Counted from the whole stretch's first letter, positions 24,826 through 35,857 are shown. The stretch: 62,721 nucleotides of DNA, filler included, from 4 parts of 4 records of this genome joined end to end with filler, not necessarily neighbours in it, one strand, 5' to 3'. Notes: a model not told the origin generated them from the sequence alone. A program made the numbers and translations.

Positions 24826-27701
24826 ATGGCGCGTGCGTCTGTGCCGAGCGCCGTGCTCAGGTTATTTCCGGGCGAGTTTGCATCGCAGTCAGCGACCGTG
24901 ACAACAAACGAGGAGGGGGGATGTAAGTTTCTTAGTGAGCACAGTCGAGAAAAAAAGTTCCTTGTGGAGTGCCAGAGTGTCGTGCTCCCTCATAACAAAA
25001 CAACGGTATGGTTGCAGCGAGGTCGCGGACTTCGATTTAGTCCGGCAGTACTCACCTCTTCCCTCCACAGAGCGACCTCTTTGGGTTGAAGCAGGTGCGC
25101 CTCCACTGCAACAACGCGGTCAGCGGAATTGGCTCCTGCATTGTTGCTGTTGGCCCCATGACGGGACACAAGGTTAATACAATGCTTGGGTCAGGGTCTT
25201 TAGAGGAGGAGTTTGGTAAGCAATCTCGTGTTCGCTGGCTTGGGGGCTTGTGATCCTAAAGGACGGGTGTTGCAGGAAGGGGAAAAATCTGCCAAGACAA
25301 TGGTATTCTAAAGAGGTTGGCGGCTGAACTCCTTGCATGCGTGACTAAGCAGTCGGGCGGCATGCTCTCGGTAGCTGTGCTGGCACCATGTAAGTTGCAG
25401 ATGCTCTACAACAAGATAGATTCTGATTGATCATTCTCTCTATTTGTTGCTGCAGGTGCAGAAGGAGGGTTTGACGACGGTGGTGATGATCCAACGAAAG
25501 CCGCGTACATGAGCACTGTGCGCAGAGTGAGCGTGCCGTCCCAAGCACATCACCGACCGGTTCGTACTATGGACGAGTTTAATCGAGTGATCTACAAGGC
25601 AATGGACAAGCTCCGAATAACTCGGGTATCGGGTCAGCTGCTCGTGCGATTCGTGATTTCAGCAGGCACAGACGGCGGAACCAACAAGACGCCACTTAGC
25701 TTTTTGATGGTGGATGATGTGGGACTCTGCACTTCTAGTCACCATATGGACACATCCTCCGTCTCGACAGTGTCGAATGGGCCACGCGGGGGAGATAGTC
25801 GCACGCCGATCCAGGACATTTTCCTGCATTCATTTGACCTCAAGGCGGCCCACTCAGTGGCACACGTCTTGCATTCGACTCTGCACCATCGCCACAATGT
25901 TCTTGTAATGGGCTGCGTCCCTTGCTCCGGAGATATGACCACCATCAAGCAGACCCTGCGTGTCATGGACAATGTCATTCGCCTAACAAAATTCGGGGCA
26001 GAAAACAAGCACATCTCCTTTGTTGCTTACCAGCAGTCCAAGGTGGCCAGCGAGAATCTCGCTACCAAACCATCATTGTCGGCGGGACTGTCAGCGGGTG
26101 GCACGCGGCTGTCCCCCGCCGCTTCAGGCGACCGCTCGAGGTCCCCTATCACAAGTTCATCTCGACGGACGTCTCCGAAATCCCCCGTTCCAATGCAAGC
26201 ATGGGCGAGCAACAACCCGGGAAACTCAGCAGCAGTAAGGGTGGATCCCTCGTCATCCCCGCCCCGAGGATTGAAGAGGGAGGATCTGGTGGGAGAAGGG
26301 GGTGGTGGCGTAGATCCCCGGGACTCGGTCGCAAAGCAGGACAACGTAGATGAAGGAGCATTTGCGAGGAGCGCGGCGTTGCTCAGGGCCATTAGAACAC
26401 CAGAGCCTACACAAAAGCCACGAGACTGGGAAGAGATTATGGCTCAGTCGTTGCCTGTCGAGCGACTCCGCCAGAAGAAAATGAAAAATCCCAAGGGCCA
26501 CCTCCCTCACGAACGCGTGAAAAAGGCCAACCTAGACGATATCTACGCGCGCACACGCATGATTCGGCCAGTCAAGTCCATTCGTGATGATCGTGAGATA
26601 GATCCCAGGGTAATCCCGGTGGAAGGGGACGGGTACTTTATGGAAAGTGATGAAGAGGAGGCTCCCCGCTTCCGCACAATCCAGAACTGTCGGTCTGCAC
26701 TTCGAGCAATATTCACCTATTACACTACATATGGCGAGCGACATCGGGCTGGTGTGATGAGCTCCGCTAAGTTCATGAAATTTGCTAAAGAGGTCGGAGT
26801 ATTTGATCTTCCCCATGTGACCAATGTGGACGTAGACATCGCCTTCGTGAAGATATCCAGGGGCGTAGAAGCGACGATTGGCAAGACCATGGCGGGAGAC
26901 GTCAGGCTCGTTTTCGACCAGTTCGTCCAGGCAGTGGCCCAGCTCGCCGCTCTGTGCTATCCTGACGTGATCTTGTATGAGGCAACAGATCTCTTTCTCC
27001 GGCATCACGTTTTGCCCAAGGCGCACGTTAAGCCCCCTTCGTGCCTCGCCTTGTGCGAGCGATGCGGAGGACATCAGAACAAGCTGTCCCGTTCAGTCCA
27101 TGGAGCGTCAACTAACCATAATCTCTGTTGGTGTGTAGCCAAAACACTTAAGTTCGACACATCGCCAGTGGATAGTGCGCTCGCAGAGGTGTCGCCTGAT
27201 CATGAAAACTTTTTGAAGAGTTTATTCGGGCAGTATGCCATGAAAGGTCATCAGAGTGGCCTGGGAATTCCGCAGGTGATGCTACTGCGAATCTGAATAT
27301 AGTATTGTGCTGATTAGTGTGACGTGATGCAGGGACTGTTTCACGTTCTTGTTCTAGATCTCAAGTCGTTCCTCAAGCTTACATCGGATCTCGATATCGT
27401 GCCTAAGTTGGTGGCACAGGGCGATGCAATGACTGCTTATAACCTTTCCAAGTCTGAGAAGAACTCCCGCGAGGTCTGCAGAGCGGGGTTGACATACGGA
27501 TCTTTCAAGAACTCGATCATCAAATTAGCCGTCCTGGGCATTCCTGATGTATGTTGAATTTTATCGTTCTTGATATCGTAAATTGTTTAACATGCGGTGG
27601 TATTGCAGCGCAAGGGAAGCAATAATACGGTGACGGAGAAGACTCACACGTTGCTTACTCATATTATGAGCTACGTGTCCACGGGGGCAGGAGTGTTTTA
27701 G
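24826..27701 (+). CDS. degenerate kinesin-motor-like protein with C-terminal p25alpha/TPPP-like domain(s), multi-exon
   Basis: Kinesin-ordered segments AVLRLFP, VSGIGSCIVAVGPMTGHKVNTMLG, FLMVDDVG, LVMGCVP..KQTLRV; TPPP-like MSSAKFMKFAKEVGVFD..VTNVDVDIAFVKI..LVFDQFVQAVAQLA. Confidence 0.65.
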
Positions 27702-27764
27702 TGGAATACGATCATCCATGTAAATGTGTGACGAGGCGTAATTTAGTTGGTTAGTTATCTTATT

Positions 27765-28367
27765 TTACATTGGGCGGGGTGACCCCTGGATGGGACGTCC
27801 CCCGCACTTGACGGGAGTCGCTGGGCTGTCGTCCACACAGCTCATAACAAACCTTCGCCGCCGTAATGAGCTTCCCGCCCGCATCTCCTGGTCCTTCAGT
27901 ATGAAAGGATTCGAGAGAATCTGTTTGCCTCCTAGTGGAGTGGCTCTCTTTTCCTCCAGGGGCTCTGCCGAGTCAATAGATGATACCAACCGCTCTTCAA
28001 CCTTCAATACTCTCTCGCTCACAGAAACAGACTCTAGAGGAATGGCTGGTGGAACGGTTTCGTCCAGTATAGTGTTATCTTCACTAACTTCATCTTCGCT
28101 CTTAGTTGAATGGCTTCTTGTGGTTAGTATACCGTAAATGTGAGATAACGCGGCCACTCCCAATGGCACAACGGGCACAGCTAAACCAATGGCAATATCT
28201 TGGTTCTCGACTATCGCCCTCGCGACACAGTTTGCCACTGCGCGGTAGTCAACTTCCTTTATCTTTTTCAGTAATAGTGAGGCAAGAGAGTCGTGGCCCC
28301 TTGGATGGAATATGTACAGGGTCTCGGGCTTGTCTTGTGCAAAAGCTAGCACAGGCTGTGCTGTCAT
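27765..28367 (-). CDS. hypothetical protein with one hydrophobic segment
   Basis: 200-codon ORF from the first ATG; converges on the neighbouring gene; no family recognised. Confidence 0.45.
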   Translation of the reverse strand: MTAQPVLAFAQDKPETLYIFHPRGHDSLASLLLKKIKEVDYRAVANCVARAIVENQDIAIGLAVPVVPLGVAALSHIYGILTTRSHSTKSEDEVSEDNTILDETVPPAIPLESVSVSERVLKVEERLVSSIDSAEPLEEKRATPLGGKQILSNPFILKDQEMRAGSSLRRRRFVMSCVDDSPATPVKCGGRPIQGSPRPM

Positions 28368-28535
28368 GGTCGACCAATGTAAACTTTCATACACTCAGCA
28401 GCAGATAGGACCCGGATATGGGGATTAAAATACTCTTGAGTCGTGTCGCATCGGAGAGTCACTGCAAATATGCTCACTTGTGCCAACAAAAGCTATGGCC
28501 GCCGTTGTCGAAAAAATCTTAGTTCGCTGGTAGGC

Positions 28536-28552
28536 GGGGGGGGGGGGGGGGG
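28536..28552. repeat. poly-G tract at contig 1 end
   Basis: 17 consecutive G just before the linker. Confidence 0.85.
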
Positions 28553-28553
28553 C

Positions 28554-28653
28554 NNNNNNNNNNNNNNNNNNNNNNNNNNNNNNNNNNNNNNNNNNNNTTA
28601 ATTAATTAANNNNNNNNNNNNNNNNNNNNNNNNNNNNNNNNNNNNNNNNNNNN
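28554..28653. other. artificial contig linker
   Basis: N44-TTAATTAATTAA-N44; stops in all six frames. Confidence 0.98.
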
Positions 28654-28895
28654 TGCTGCAACCGGTTCGGGTTTTCGCCATAACGGCCATCGGTTGGGCG
28701 ACGGCACGGCTGCACAAACGCAGCGTTCCAGCTATCTGGCCCAAGCGCTCGCAAGGTTGTTGCGGTGTGGAAAGTGCCTGCCCCCATTTCCATGTCGTAA
28801 GGCTGCAGGATCAAACAACCCTGCTCTGCCCAGTAATTCTGGAGTGTCAGAATAATCTTCTGGAACGGCATTCCGCCGGTTTTGGGGGATGACAT
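28654..28895 (-). CDS. glyQ: glycine-tRNA ligase alpha subunit (3' truncated)
   Basis: [46 protein letters not shown]. Confidence 0.97.
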
Positions 28896-28993
28896 TATTG
28901 TTGACCAACTCTTAAATGGGCGAATCTGTTACTCAAAATTATTGCGCGCAACGTAACGGTCAGGCCAGCACCGGTCAAGCAAGAGAATGCTTG

Positions 28994-29734
28994 TTATTCG
29001 GTAAGAACAATTGGTGCGCCTTTAGTCACAACAAAAGTGTGCTCAAACTGTGCGCCGAAACCTCCATTGGCGAGGCGCAATGTCCAGCCATCCATGTCTT
29101 CCGCATAGGTCCTGCTTTTGGTGGCCAAGAAGGGCTCGATCGTCATGACCTGACCTTCCTGCAGCTTCTGGCGATTGCTTGGCTGATATATATTTGAAAC
29201 TGTTGGTTCTTCGTGAATCCAGGCCCCAACACCGTGGCCATTAAGGCCTTCGATGATATGATACCCGTGTTTTTTGGCTTCTTTTTCCACGGCTTTGCCG
29301 ATGGCATTTAGTGGCTGGCCAGCGCGGGCCGCAAACATCGCTTTGCGCTGCGCAGCTTTTGTTGCGTCCAGAAGCTTTATCAGCGCGGGATCAACCTTCC
29401 CAACCGGGAAGCTCGCACCAGTATCGCCGAAAAAGCCGTCTTTCTCTGCGGACACATCAATATTAACAAGCTCACCTTCTTTCAAAGGCACATCGCTTGG
29501 AATGCCATGCGCGATAGCGGAACCGACAGAAATACATGTATAGCCCGGGAAGTCATATGCAAGCATAGGTGCGGATTGTGCGCCGCGCTCTTTCATCATT
29601 TTTTCAGCGATAGCATCCAACTGGCGCGGCGTAACACCCGGCTTCACCGCAGCCCCCATGGCGCGAAGAACATCGCGGCAGATACCGCCAATGTCTTTGA
29701 GTTTTTCTAGCTGCTCTGGGCCATCAATTGTCAT
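28994..29734 (-). CDS. map: type I methionine aminopeptidase
   Basis: HGIP, NIDVS, GDT, GHGVG..HEEP, TIEP and AQFEHT motifs. Confidence 0.95.
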   Translation of the reverse strand: MTIDGPEQLEKLKDIGGICRDVLRAMGAAVKPGVTPRQLDAIAEKMMKERGAQSAPMLAYDFPGYTCISVGSAIAHGIPSDVPLKEGELVNIDVSAEKDGFFGDTGASFPVGKVDPALIKLLDATKAAQRKAMFAARAGQPLNAIGKAVEKEAKKHGYHIIEGLNGHGVGAWIHEEPTVSNIYQPSNRQKLQEGQVMTIEPFLATKSRTYAEDMDGWTLRLANGGFGAQFEHTFVVTKGAPIVLTE

Positions 29735-30036
29735 ATCTCACCTTTTTCACGAATGCGCTCATGGTGCTGGATCACTTCCCTGATCACGAACTGGAGGAAC
29801 TTCTCACTAAATTCAGGGTCCAGATTGGCAGACTTTGCGAGATCGCGTAGCCGTTCAATCTGCTTTTGCTCGCGGCTCGGGTCTGCTGGTGGCAGATCGT
29901 GTTCCTTCTTATAGAAACCAACTGCCTTGGTAATTTTAAACCTCTCCGCCAACATGAACACCAGCGCCGCATCGATATTGTCGATACTTTCGCGGTACGC
30001 TGTTAGCTGGGCCTCATGGGTTTGCGCCTCTGTCAC
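29731..30036 (-). CDS. chorismate mutase (AroQ type)
   Basis: RESIDNIDAALVFMLAERF..VG..K..PPADPSRE; GTG start at 30036 preceded by GGAGGA. Confidence 0.9.
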   Translation of the reverse strand: MTEAQTHEAQLTAYRESIDNIDAALVFMLAERFKITKAVGFYKKEHDLPPADPSREQKQIERLRDLAKSANLDPEFSEKFLQFVIREVIQHHERIREKGEI

Positions 30037-30055
30037 GCGGTCCTCCGTCACAAAT

Positions 30056-30937
30056 TTAAAGTCCAAACCGGTTCCAGAAGAGCCGTTCTTCAATCGCTGA
30101 TAGCATCTCTTGCGGTAAGTCGGCCATCGTGTTGCTCTCTCCCCCGTCACCCATGCTGCGGCCAAGGCCAAGCAGTGCAGAGAAACGAGGCTTCCTTTCG
30201 CCAATCACGCGCATACGCACCTTTTTGCCGAACCGGTCCCGGAGTACTGTCCGAATGTCACCAATGCCGTCAATGAGACCCATTTTGACAGCATCCGTAC
30301 CAGTGAACACATCCCCGGAGAAAATACGCGCCCTCAGCCCTTTCAGGCGCTTGCCCCGGCGATCCTTCACCAGGGTCTTGAAATGTTCGTGGATATCAAG
30401 CTGGATGGCTTTAAGCCGCTCAACATCTTCTTCCTTTTCTTCTGAAAAGGAATCCAGCATCGCCTTGCTTTCACCCGCTGTATACAGCCGCCGCTCAATA
30501 CCAAGTTTTTTAATCGCCTCGGTGAAACCAAAGCCGCTGGAGATTACGCCTATGCTGCCCACGATTGAAGATTCGTTGGCGTAAATCTCATCACCCGCCA
30601 GCGCGAGCATATAACCACCGGAGGCCGCAACATCTTCAGCAAACACCAGCACGGGGATATCTTTCTCCCGCGCGAGAGCGCGGATGCGCCCTGTAATAAG
30701 CGCCGACTGCACTGGCGAGCCACCAGGTGAGTTGACCTGCAGCGCAACCGCCGCAACACCCGGCATGGAAAAGGCTTGCTCGAGCTGTCCGGCAACCGAA
30801 GCCATATTGATGCCACCCCGGAAACGCTTACCCGCCGCAATAACACCATAGAGCCGCACGACAGCAACCTTGGGAGGCGGGTCCCCAAACAGAGTGCACC
30901 TGAGGGTGTGGATGAATTTTGAAATTTTCCGTTGCAT
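30056..30937 (-). CDS. S49 family peptidase (SppA/SohB-like)
   Basis: NSPGGSPVQS, AASGGY and GSIGV motifs. Confidence 0.92.
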   Translation of the reverse strand: MQRKISKFIHTLRCTLFGDPPPKVAVVRLYGVIAAGKRFRGGINMASVAGQLEQAFSMPGVAAVALQVNSPGGSPVQSALITGRIRALAREKDIPVLVFAEDVAASGGYMLALAGDEIYANESSIVGSIGVISSGFGFTEAIKKLGIERRLYTAGESKAMLDSFSEEKEEDVERLKAIQLDIHEHFKTLVKDRRGKRLKGLRARIFSGDVFTGTDAVKMGLIDGIGDIRTVLRDRFGKKVRMRVIGERKPRFSALLGLGRSMGDGGESNTMADLPQEMLSAIEERLFWNRFGL

Positions 30938-30963
30938 ACGGCTGCTTTGCTTTCGTTTCGCCC

Positions 30964-31806
30964 TCAATAACGGCTTTGTCGTTGTCGTGCAAAGTCTTTC
31001 AGGTCCAGCGCCGCGCCGTCACGCAGAATAGCTTCAGCCTCACGGGTATATCGCGCCACCTCACCATGCAGGGCAAGGCCCGGCAAAATACTGGCTGCAC
31101 CGTGCACACCTTTGCGACCTTGAATGATAACGCGTTTTGCCGGTGCCCCAAAACGCGGCCACAACGGCATGATTTTCAGTTCCCCCACCCGCCGGTGCAG
31201 GTGCGCAATCACTTCATCCACCCGGTCAGCCCGATAGATGATGGAAACAGTGCCTCTGTTCTTGACTACATGAATGCAGAATTTGATCCAGTCAGAGAGC
31301 GCGGCGGACGAATCCATATGCGCGAGCCCCTTGTTCTCAACGGGTGGGCGAATGCCTCGGCCATCGGCCAAATAGGGCGGGTTCACCATCACATGATCAA
31401 AGGTGGCCTCACCAATGTCGCGGCCCTCAATACAGCCTTTTGCCACACTGACCTGATCCCCCAAGTTGTTATAATCGATATTACGCTGCGCATAGGCGAG
31501 CATGTCATCTTGAATATCGATTCCAAAGACCTGTACGCCAGGCACTCGACGCGCAAGGCATAGCGCGGCGCCCGCAGACCCAACTCCACCCTCAATCACG
31601 CGTTCACCGGCCTTCGCGGGAACAGAGGCCGCCAGCATCACCGTATCCATCGAGACCCGGTACCCATCTTTGGGTTGAATGAGCTTGATCGCGCCCCCCA
31701 AAAAATCATCAACCGTAAAGGTTTGGCCCTCAGCCTCACCCGCGGTGATTGTAGTATCCTCTAGTGTCACTTGCTGTGTCATCGGGCCTGTCACCGCCTG
31801 GTTCAC
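30964..31806 (-). CDS. tRNA1(Val) A37 N6-methyltransferase-like SAM-dependent methyltransferase
   Basis: QPKDGYR..D..LA, EGGVGSG and NPPY motifs; start may be 31782. Confidence 0.85.
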   Translation of the reverse strand: MNQAVTGPMTQQVTLEDTTITAGEAEGQTFTVDDFLGGAIKLIQPKDGYRVSMDTVMLAASVPAKAGERVIEGGVGSAGAALCLARRVPGVQVFGIDIQDDMLAYAQRNIDYNNLGDQVSVAKGCIEGRDIGEATFDHVMVNPPYLADGRGIRPPVENKGLAHMDSSAALSDWIKFCIHVVKNRGTVSIIYRADRVDEVIAHLHRRVGELKIMPLWPRFGAPAKRVIIQGRKGVHGAASILPGLALHGEVARYTREAEAILRDGAALDLKDFARQRQSRY

Positions 31807-31951
31807 GTTTTATTCATTTTTCATGGGTGATTGTACGTGGAAATTATCTGCGGTCAAATGACACACATGTGGCCGCTATACCTTGCCTTCACTTTATCCC
31901 GGCGGTATTGTCCGCCAACAAAAAAAGAACACCAGCAGCGTTGAGGTCACC

Positions 31952-32980
31952 ATGCCAACTAATGTCGTTCCCATTCACGGTCGCCGCGAAGCGGATGCAA
32001 CCGAAAACCCGATCAAGGTCCTCCAGGATCTTGTCGCCGATGATATGAATCTGGTGAACGAGCTTATTCTTGACCGCATGCAAAGCCCTGTTGCGCTCAT
32101 TCCCGAGCTTGCAGGCCACCTCATCTCATCTGGCGGGAAGCGCCTGCGTCCGATGCTCACGCTCGCATCCGCACTTATGCTTGGCTATGAAGGCAAACGG
32201 CATATAGGCCTCGCGACAGCCGTTGAATTTATTCACACCGCAACCCTTTTGCATGACGATGTTGTTGATGAAAGCAATATGCGGCGTGGGAAAAAAACCG
32301 CAAACCTGATCTGGGGCAATCAGCCCACAGTCCTGGTTGGGGATTTCTTGTTCAGCCGCGCATTTGAATTGATGGTGGAGAGCGATTCGCTTCGCGTGCT
32401 TAAAATTCTTTCAAACACCTCCGCTGTCATCACGGAAGGTGAAGTGCTGCAGCTTACCACCGCCAACGACCTGACAACGCCTGAGGAAAAATACCTTGAG
32501 GTGATCACCGCCAAAACCGCTGTGCTTTTCGCCGCCGCGTGTGAGGTGGCCGGTGTGGTCTCAGAGCAAGGCCGTGAAGTTGAAGAAGCGCTGGACGCAT
32601 ACGGCAAATATCTTGGCATCGCGTTCCAGTTGGTTGACGACGCCCTGGATTATTCTGCGGTGCAGGCAACGCTCGGTAAAGAAATTGGCGATGATTTCCG
32701 CGAAGGCAAAGTAACGCTGCCTGTTATCCTCGCCTTCCGCCGCGGAACAGATGAAGAGAAAGCCTTCTGGAAACGCACAGTCGAGCGTCGCCGCCAGGAA
32801 GACGGAGACCTGGAGAAAGCCATCCGCTTACTTGGCGAGCATGATACGCTGAACGGTACGATTGACCGAGCGCGCCATTACGGCTCCATGGCCAAAGATG
32901 CGCTCGCCATTTTTAAAGACCACCCTGCCAAAACCGCACTGCTCGACATCGTGGATTTCTGCATCGACCGGGCATATTAA
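31952..32980 (+). CDS. ispB: polyprenyl (octa/decaprenyl) diphosphate synthase
   Basis: GGKRLRP, LLHDDVVD..RRG and FQLVDDALDY motifs; RBS GAGGT before ATG 31952. Confidence 0.93.
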   Translation: MPTNVVPIHGRREADATENPIKVLQDLVADDMNLVNELILDRMQSPVALIPELAGHLISSGGKRLRPMLTLASALMLGYEGKRHIGLATAVEFIHTATLLHDDVVDESNMRRGKKTANLIWGNQPTVLVGDFLFSRAFELMVESDSLRVLKILSNTSAVITEGEVLQLTTANDLTTPEEKYLEVITAKTAVLFAAACEVAGVVSEQGREVEEALDAYGKYLGIAFQLVDDALDYSAVQATLGKEIGDDFREGKVTLPVILAFRRGTDEEKAFWKRTVERRRQEDGDLEKAIRLLGEHDTLNGTIDRARHYGSMAKDALAIFKDHPAKTALLDIVDFCIDRAY

Positions 32981-32991
32981 AGACCAAGGCC

Positions 32992-33576
32992 TCACTTAAG
33001 GATTTCCTGTACTCTCGCTTTGAGAACCGGCAAAACGGCCGCCTCAAACCAATCGTTCTTCTTCAGCCAGATATTGTTGCGCGGGCTTGGATGCGGCAAC
33101 AAAAGCGCATTGGGCAATTGGTCCTTGAATTGTTTCACGCCGTCCGTGAGCGACAGTCCCTTGAGCGCAGGCAGATGCCAGTCTTTCGCGTAAGCACCAA
33201 TCACAAGCGTGAGCCCGATTTTGGGCATCAGATCAAGCATCCGTTGCCGCCATTTGGGTGCACACTCTGGCCTTGGCGGCAAATCACCTGAGCGGCCACG
33301 CCCTGGGTAGCAAAAGCCCATTGGCAAGATAGCAACATGCTCGGGGTTATAAAAAATGTCTCGAGTGATGCCCATCCAGTCACGCAGACGCGCGCCGCTG
33401 GCATCGTCAAACGGTATTCCACTGGCATGAACCTTTGTGCCCGGTGCCTGCCCGGCGATTAGGATACGGGCGTTTGCATGCACCTGAAACACAGGCCGTG
33501 GGCCAAGTGCTAGCTCACCAGCACATATCTGACAGGCCCGCGCTTCCTCGCTTATTTTTCCCAGTGCATCACTCAT
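32992..33576 (-). CDS. uracil-DNA glycosylase superfamily protein
   Basis: GQAPG, FDDASG, MGFCYPG and LPHPSPRN motifs. Confidence 0.9.
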   Translation of the reverse strand: MSDALGKISEEARACQICAGELALGPRPVFQVHANARILIAGQAPGTKVHASGIPFDDASGARLRDWMGITRDIFYNPEHVAILPMGFCYPGRGRSGDLPPRPECAPKWRQRMLDLMPKIGLTLVIGAYAKDWHLPALKGLSLTDGVKQFKDQLPNALLLPHPSPRNNIWLKKNDWFEAAVLPVLKARVQEILK

Positions 33577-33742
33577 TTCCAGATGCCTCCTCCATGTGAA
33601 CTAACGCGCACTGGCCGCCATGATCAAATCACAACTAGTTGCCTCAAAACCGAACCTTTGCCCTAAACACAAGCGCAATTGACCTCAAAGCAGCTTTAAG
33701 TGTCTGCTACTTGTCAATCAAAAGGGGATGTGAGGAAATGAT

Positions 33743-34696
33743 ATGAAGAAGAACACGATCACTCTGGCGCTGGCGCTCTGCCTGTTTTCGCTACCTGCCG
33801 TTCAGGCCGACGACGATGGGAAAACAGCAAAAGTTCACCGCTTTGTCGCCAATCATCTTGCGTGGAGCACAAATTCCTATTGGATTGAGGGGCCCGACGG
33901 CATTGCGCTTATTGATGCCCAGTTGGTGCCATCAGATGCAACGCTTCTGGCCGCGCAAATCAAGGCAAGCGGTAAAATCCTCAAAGGTGTGATCATCACC
34001 CATCCGCACATGGATCATTTCGGCGGTTTGCCAACACTTAAGGATGAACTCGGTGACTTTCCAGTCTATGCGAGCCAGGTAACGGCAGACAACCTGGCAA
34101 GCGTGCACACACAAATTCTTGGTTTTTACCCGATGCCAAATGCTTTTGGTGAAGCGTTAGATGAAAGACTGGGTGTCATTACCGATATCATAAGCGATGG
34201 TGAAGAGCTCTCCATCGCAGGGCTTTCCTTCAACATTCATCTGCTTGGTGCCGGTGAGGCGGCAGACAACGCCGCCATTTACCAGAAAGACCTGAATGTT
34301 ATTTTCGCAGGCGATACCTACTATCCGCACACCCACTATTATGTTGGTGAAGGGCATTTGGACGGCGCAATCGCGCATCTAGAGTTCCTTAAAAACACCT
34401 ATCCTGCTGATACATTTGTTTTGCCGGGCCACAATGATGTCTCCCGCCTGACATCTGCGGACGAACAGATTTCTTACATCAAATCCGTGCAGGAACTAAC
34501 GTTCGATGCAATGTCCAACCCTGAAAACGTGGCAGAAAACGGCTATCTGACCCAAAACGCCAGGCGGGCTGTGGTGGATAGCCTGCTTGAGAAATATCGC
34601 TCTTATGACGACTTCGGCTTCAACCCGCGCCAACTGGTAGCTGGCAACGTGTTTGGGGCGGAGAAGGAAATCGTCACAAAGCAAAAGGGCATGTAA
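33743..34696 (+). CDS. secreted metallo-beta-lactamase-fold hydrolase
   Basis: Sec signal peptide; ITHPHMDH, AGD and PGH motifs. Confidence 0.88.
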   Translation: MKKNTITLALALCLFSLPAVQADDDGKTAKVHRFVANHLAWSTNSYWIEGPDGIALIDAQLVPSDATLLAAQIKASGKILKGVIITHPHMDHFGGLPTLKDELGDFPVYASQVTADNLASVHTQILGFYPMPNAFGEALDERLGVITDIISDGEELSIAGLSFNIHLLGAGEAADNAAIYQKDLNVIFAGDTYYPHTHYYVGEGHLDGAIAHLEFLKNTYPADTFVLPGHNDVSRLTSADEQISYIKSVQELTFDAMSNPENVAENGYLTQNARRAVVDSLLEKYRSYDDFGFNPRQLVAGNVFGAEKEIVTKQKGM

Positions 34697-34705
34697 GCCC
34701 GCCCA

Positions 34706-35851
34706 CTATGGCTTCTGCCGCGACCAGGTTTGTGGCAAGGCTTCCCGAATGCGGCGCACACTATCGAGTAGGCACACTTCAGTTTTCGCAAGTGGGCCAG
34801 AGGTGAAGCTTGAGGAGGCCATACCGTCCTGCACCCGGTTGATGATAGCCGTATCTTCGGCATTCACTTCCCGGTTGATGCGCCAGTTCAGGTATCGCGC
34901 AGCCTTCATTTCGCGCCTATCGTCCGGCAACACATAAGCAACTTCACGGATCAGCGTTTCAAACGGGGAAACCGGGATAAATTGCATGAAATCCACTTGG
35001 TCAGGATAGATATCCAGCGCAACGTTTGGCCAAAGGCGATAGTACGCCCAGTGGCGCTGTTTATCGGCCGTCAAATGAGCCACTTCGGGCAATATTTTTC
35101 TATAGGCGCGGGTCGACCAGCAGTCTTTGCGCGTTTCCATCACGTCGCCCCACATCTTGTGAATATCGCCCTTCACTTCCATGCCGTAAGTGTTGCCCAC
35201 AAGGCCCGAAAGACCAGGGTGTGCAACCGGGATATGAAGTGCATCCACATAATTGTCCGCGATCTGTTTCCAGTTTACTGCACGCGGGCGCAACGTCACA
35301 CGGCCAAGCGGCTGCATTTCATCGATACGGTAAGGAAGTATCTCATCAAGGTAAGGTGCAAACTGGTCGGCAACGCCAGGGCCGTCCACCTTTCCGTCAA
35401 GCCGTGCCCAAATGAAACCCACAAACATTTCGCTCGGCAGCGTCGCCAGACCGTGCTCATTTCTATCAAATGCCTCGAAATCCCGTTCATAAGGTACATT
35501 GATTAGCGTACCTTCAAGGTCCCATGTCCAGGCGTGATAAGGACACCGAATGCGCTGTCCGCATTCCCCCTGACCGCCTTCCAGAAGTCGTGAACCACGG
35601 TGCCTGCAAACATTGTGGAATACCCTAACGGCGCCATCTTTTCCACGCACCGCCACCACACGCTCGTTCAGGATATCAAGGGTGACATAATCACCCACAT
35701 TCGGCAGGTCATTCTGGTGGCAAACTAATTGCCAGGACGGGCGAATAACCGCCTCCATCTCATCCTTGAAGTACCCGGCATCGGAGTACGTCCAGGACGG
35801 CAGGCTTTCATAAGCGTTTGTGACTGAGGTCATTTTATTGCTCTCATCCAT
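34706..35851 (-). CDS. Rieske non-heme iron oxygenase alpha subunit (GbcA/CntA/choline monooxygenase-like)
   Basis: CRH..CPYH Rieske ligands; NWK..DNYVDALH..H and ED mononuclear Fe ligands. Confidence 0.9.
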   Translation of the reverse strand: MDESNKMTSVTNAYESLPSWTYSDAGYFKDEMEAVIRPSWQLVCHQNDLPNVGDYVTLDILNERVVAVRGKDGAVRVFHNVCRHRGSRLLEGGQGECGQRIRCPYHAWTWDLEGTLINVPYERDFEAFDRNEHGLATLPSEMFVGFIWARLDGKVDGPGVADQFAPYLDEILPYRIDEMQPLGRVTLRPRAVNWKQIADNYVDALHIPVAHPGLSGLVGNTYGMEVKGDIHKMWGDVMETRKDCWSTRAYRKILPEVAHLTADKQRHWAYYRLWPNVALDIYPDQVDFMQFIPVSPFETLIREVAYVLPDDRREMKAARYLNWRINREVNAEDTAIINRVQDGMASSSFTSGPLAKTEVCLLDSVRRIREALPQTWSRQKP

Positions 35852-35857
35852 CGCACA

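Noticed and set aside
818-27701. Alternative genetic code or stop read-through to explain fragmented eukaryotic ORFs
   Set aside because: Every break traced is resolved by canonical short GT-AG introns, and TAA, TAG and TGA are all used as terminal stops
28500-28900. Eukaryote-bacterium junction as horizontal transfer or endosymbiont insertion
   Set aside because: The junction is an artificial N-linker with TTAATTAATTAA; the contigs are unrelated
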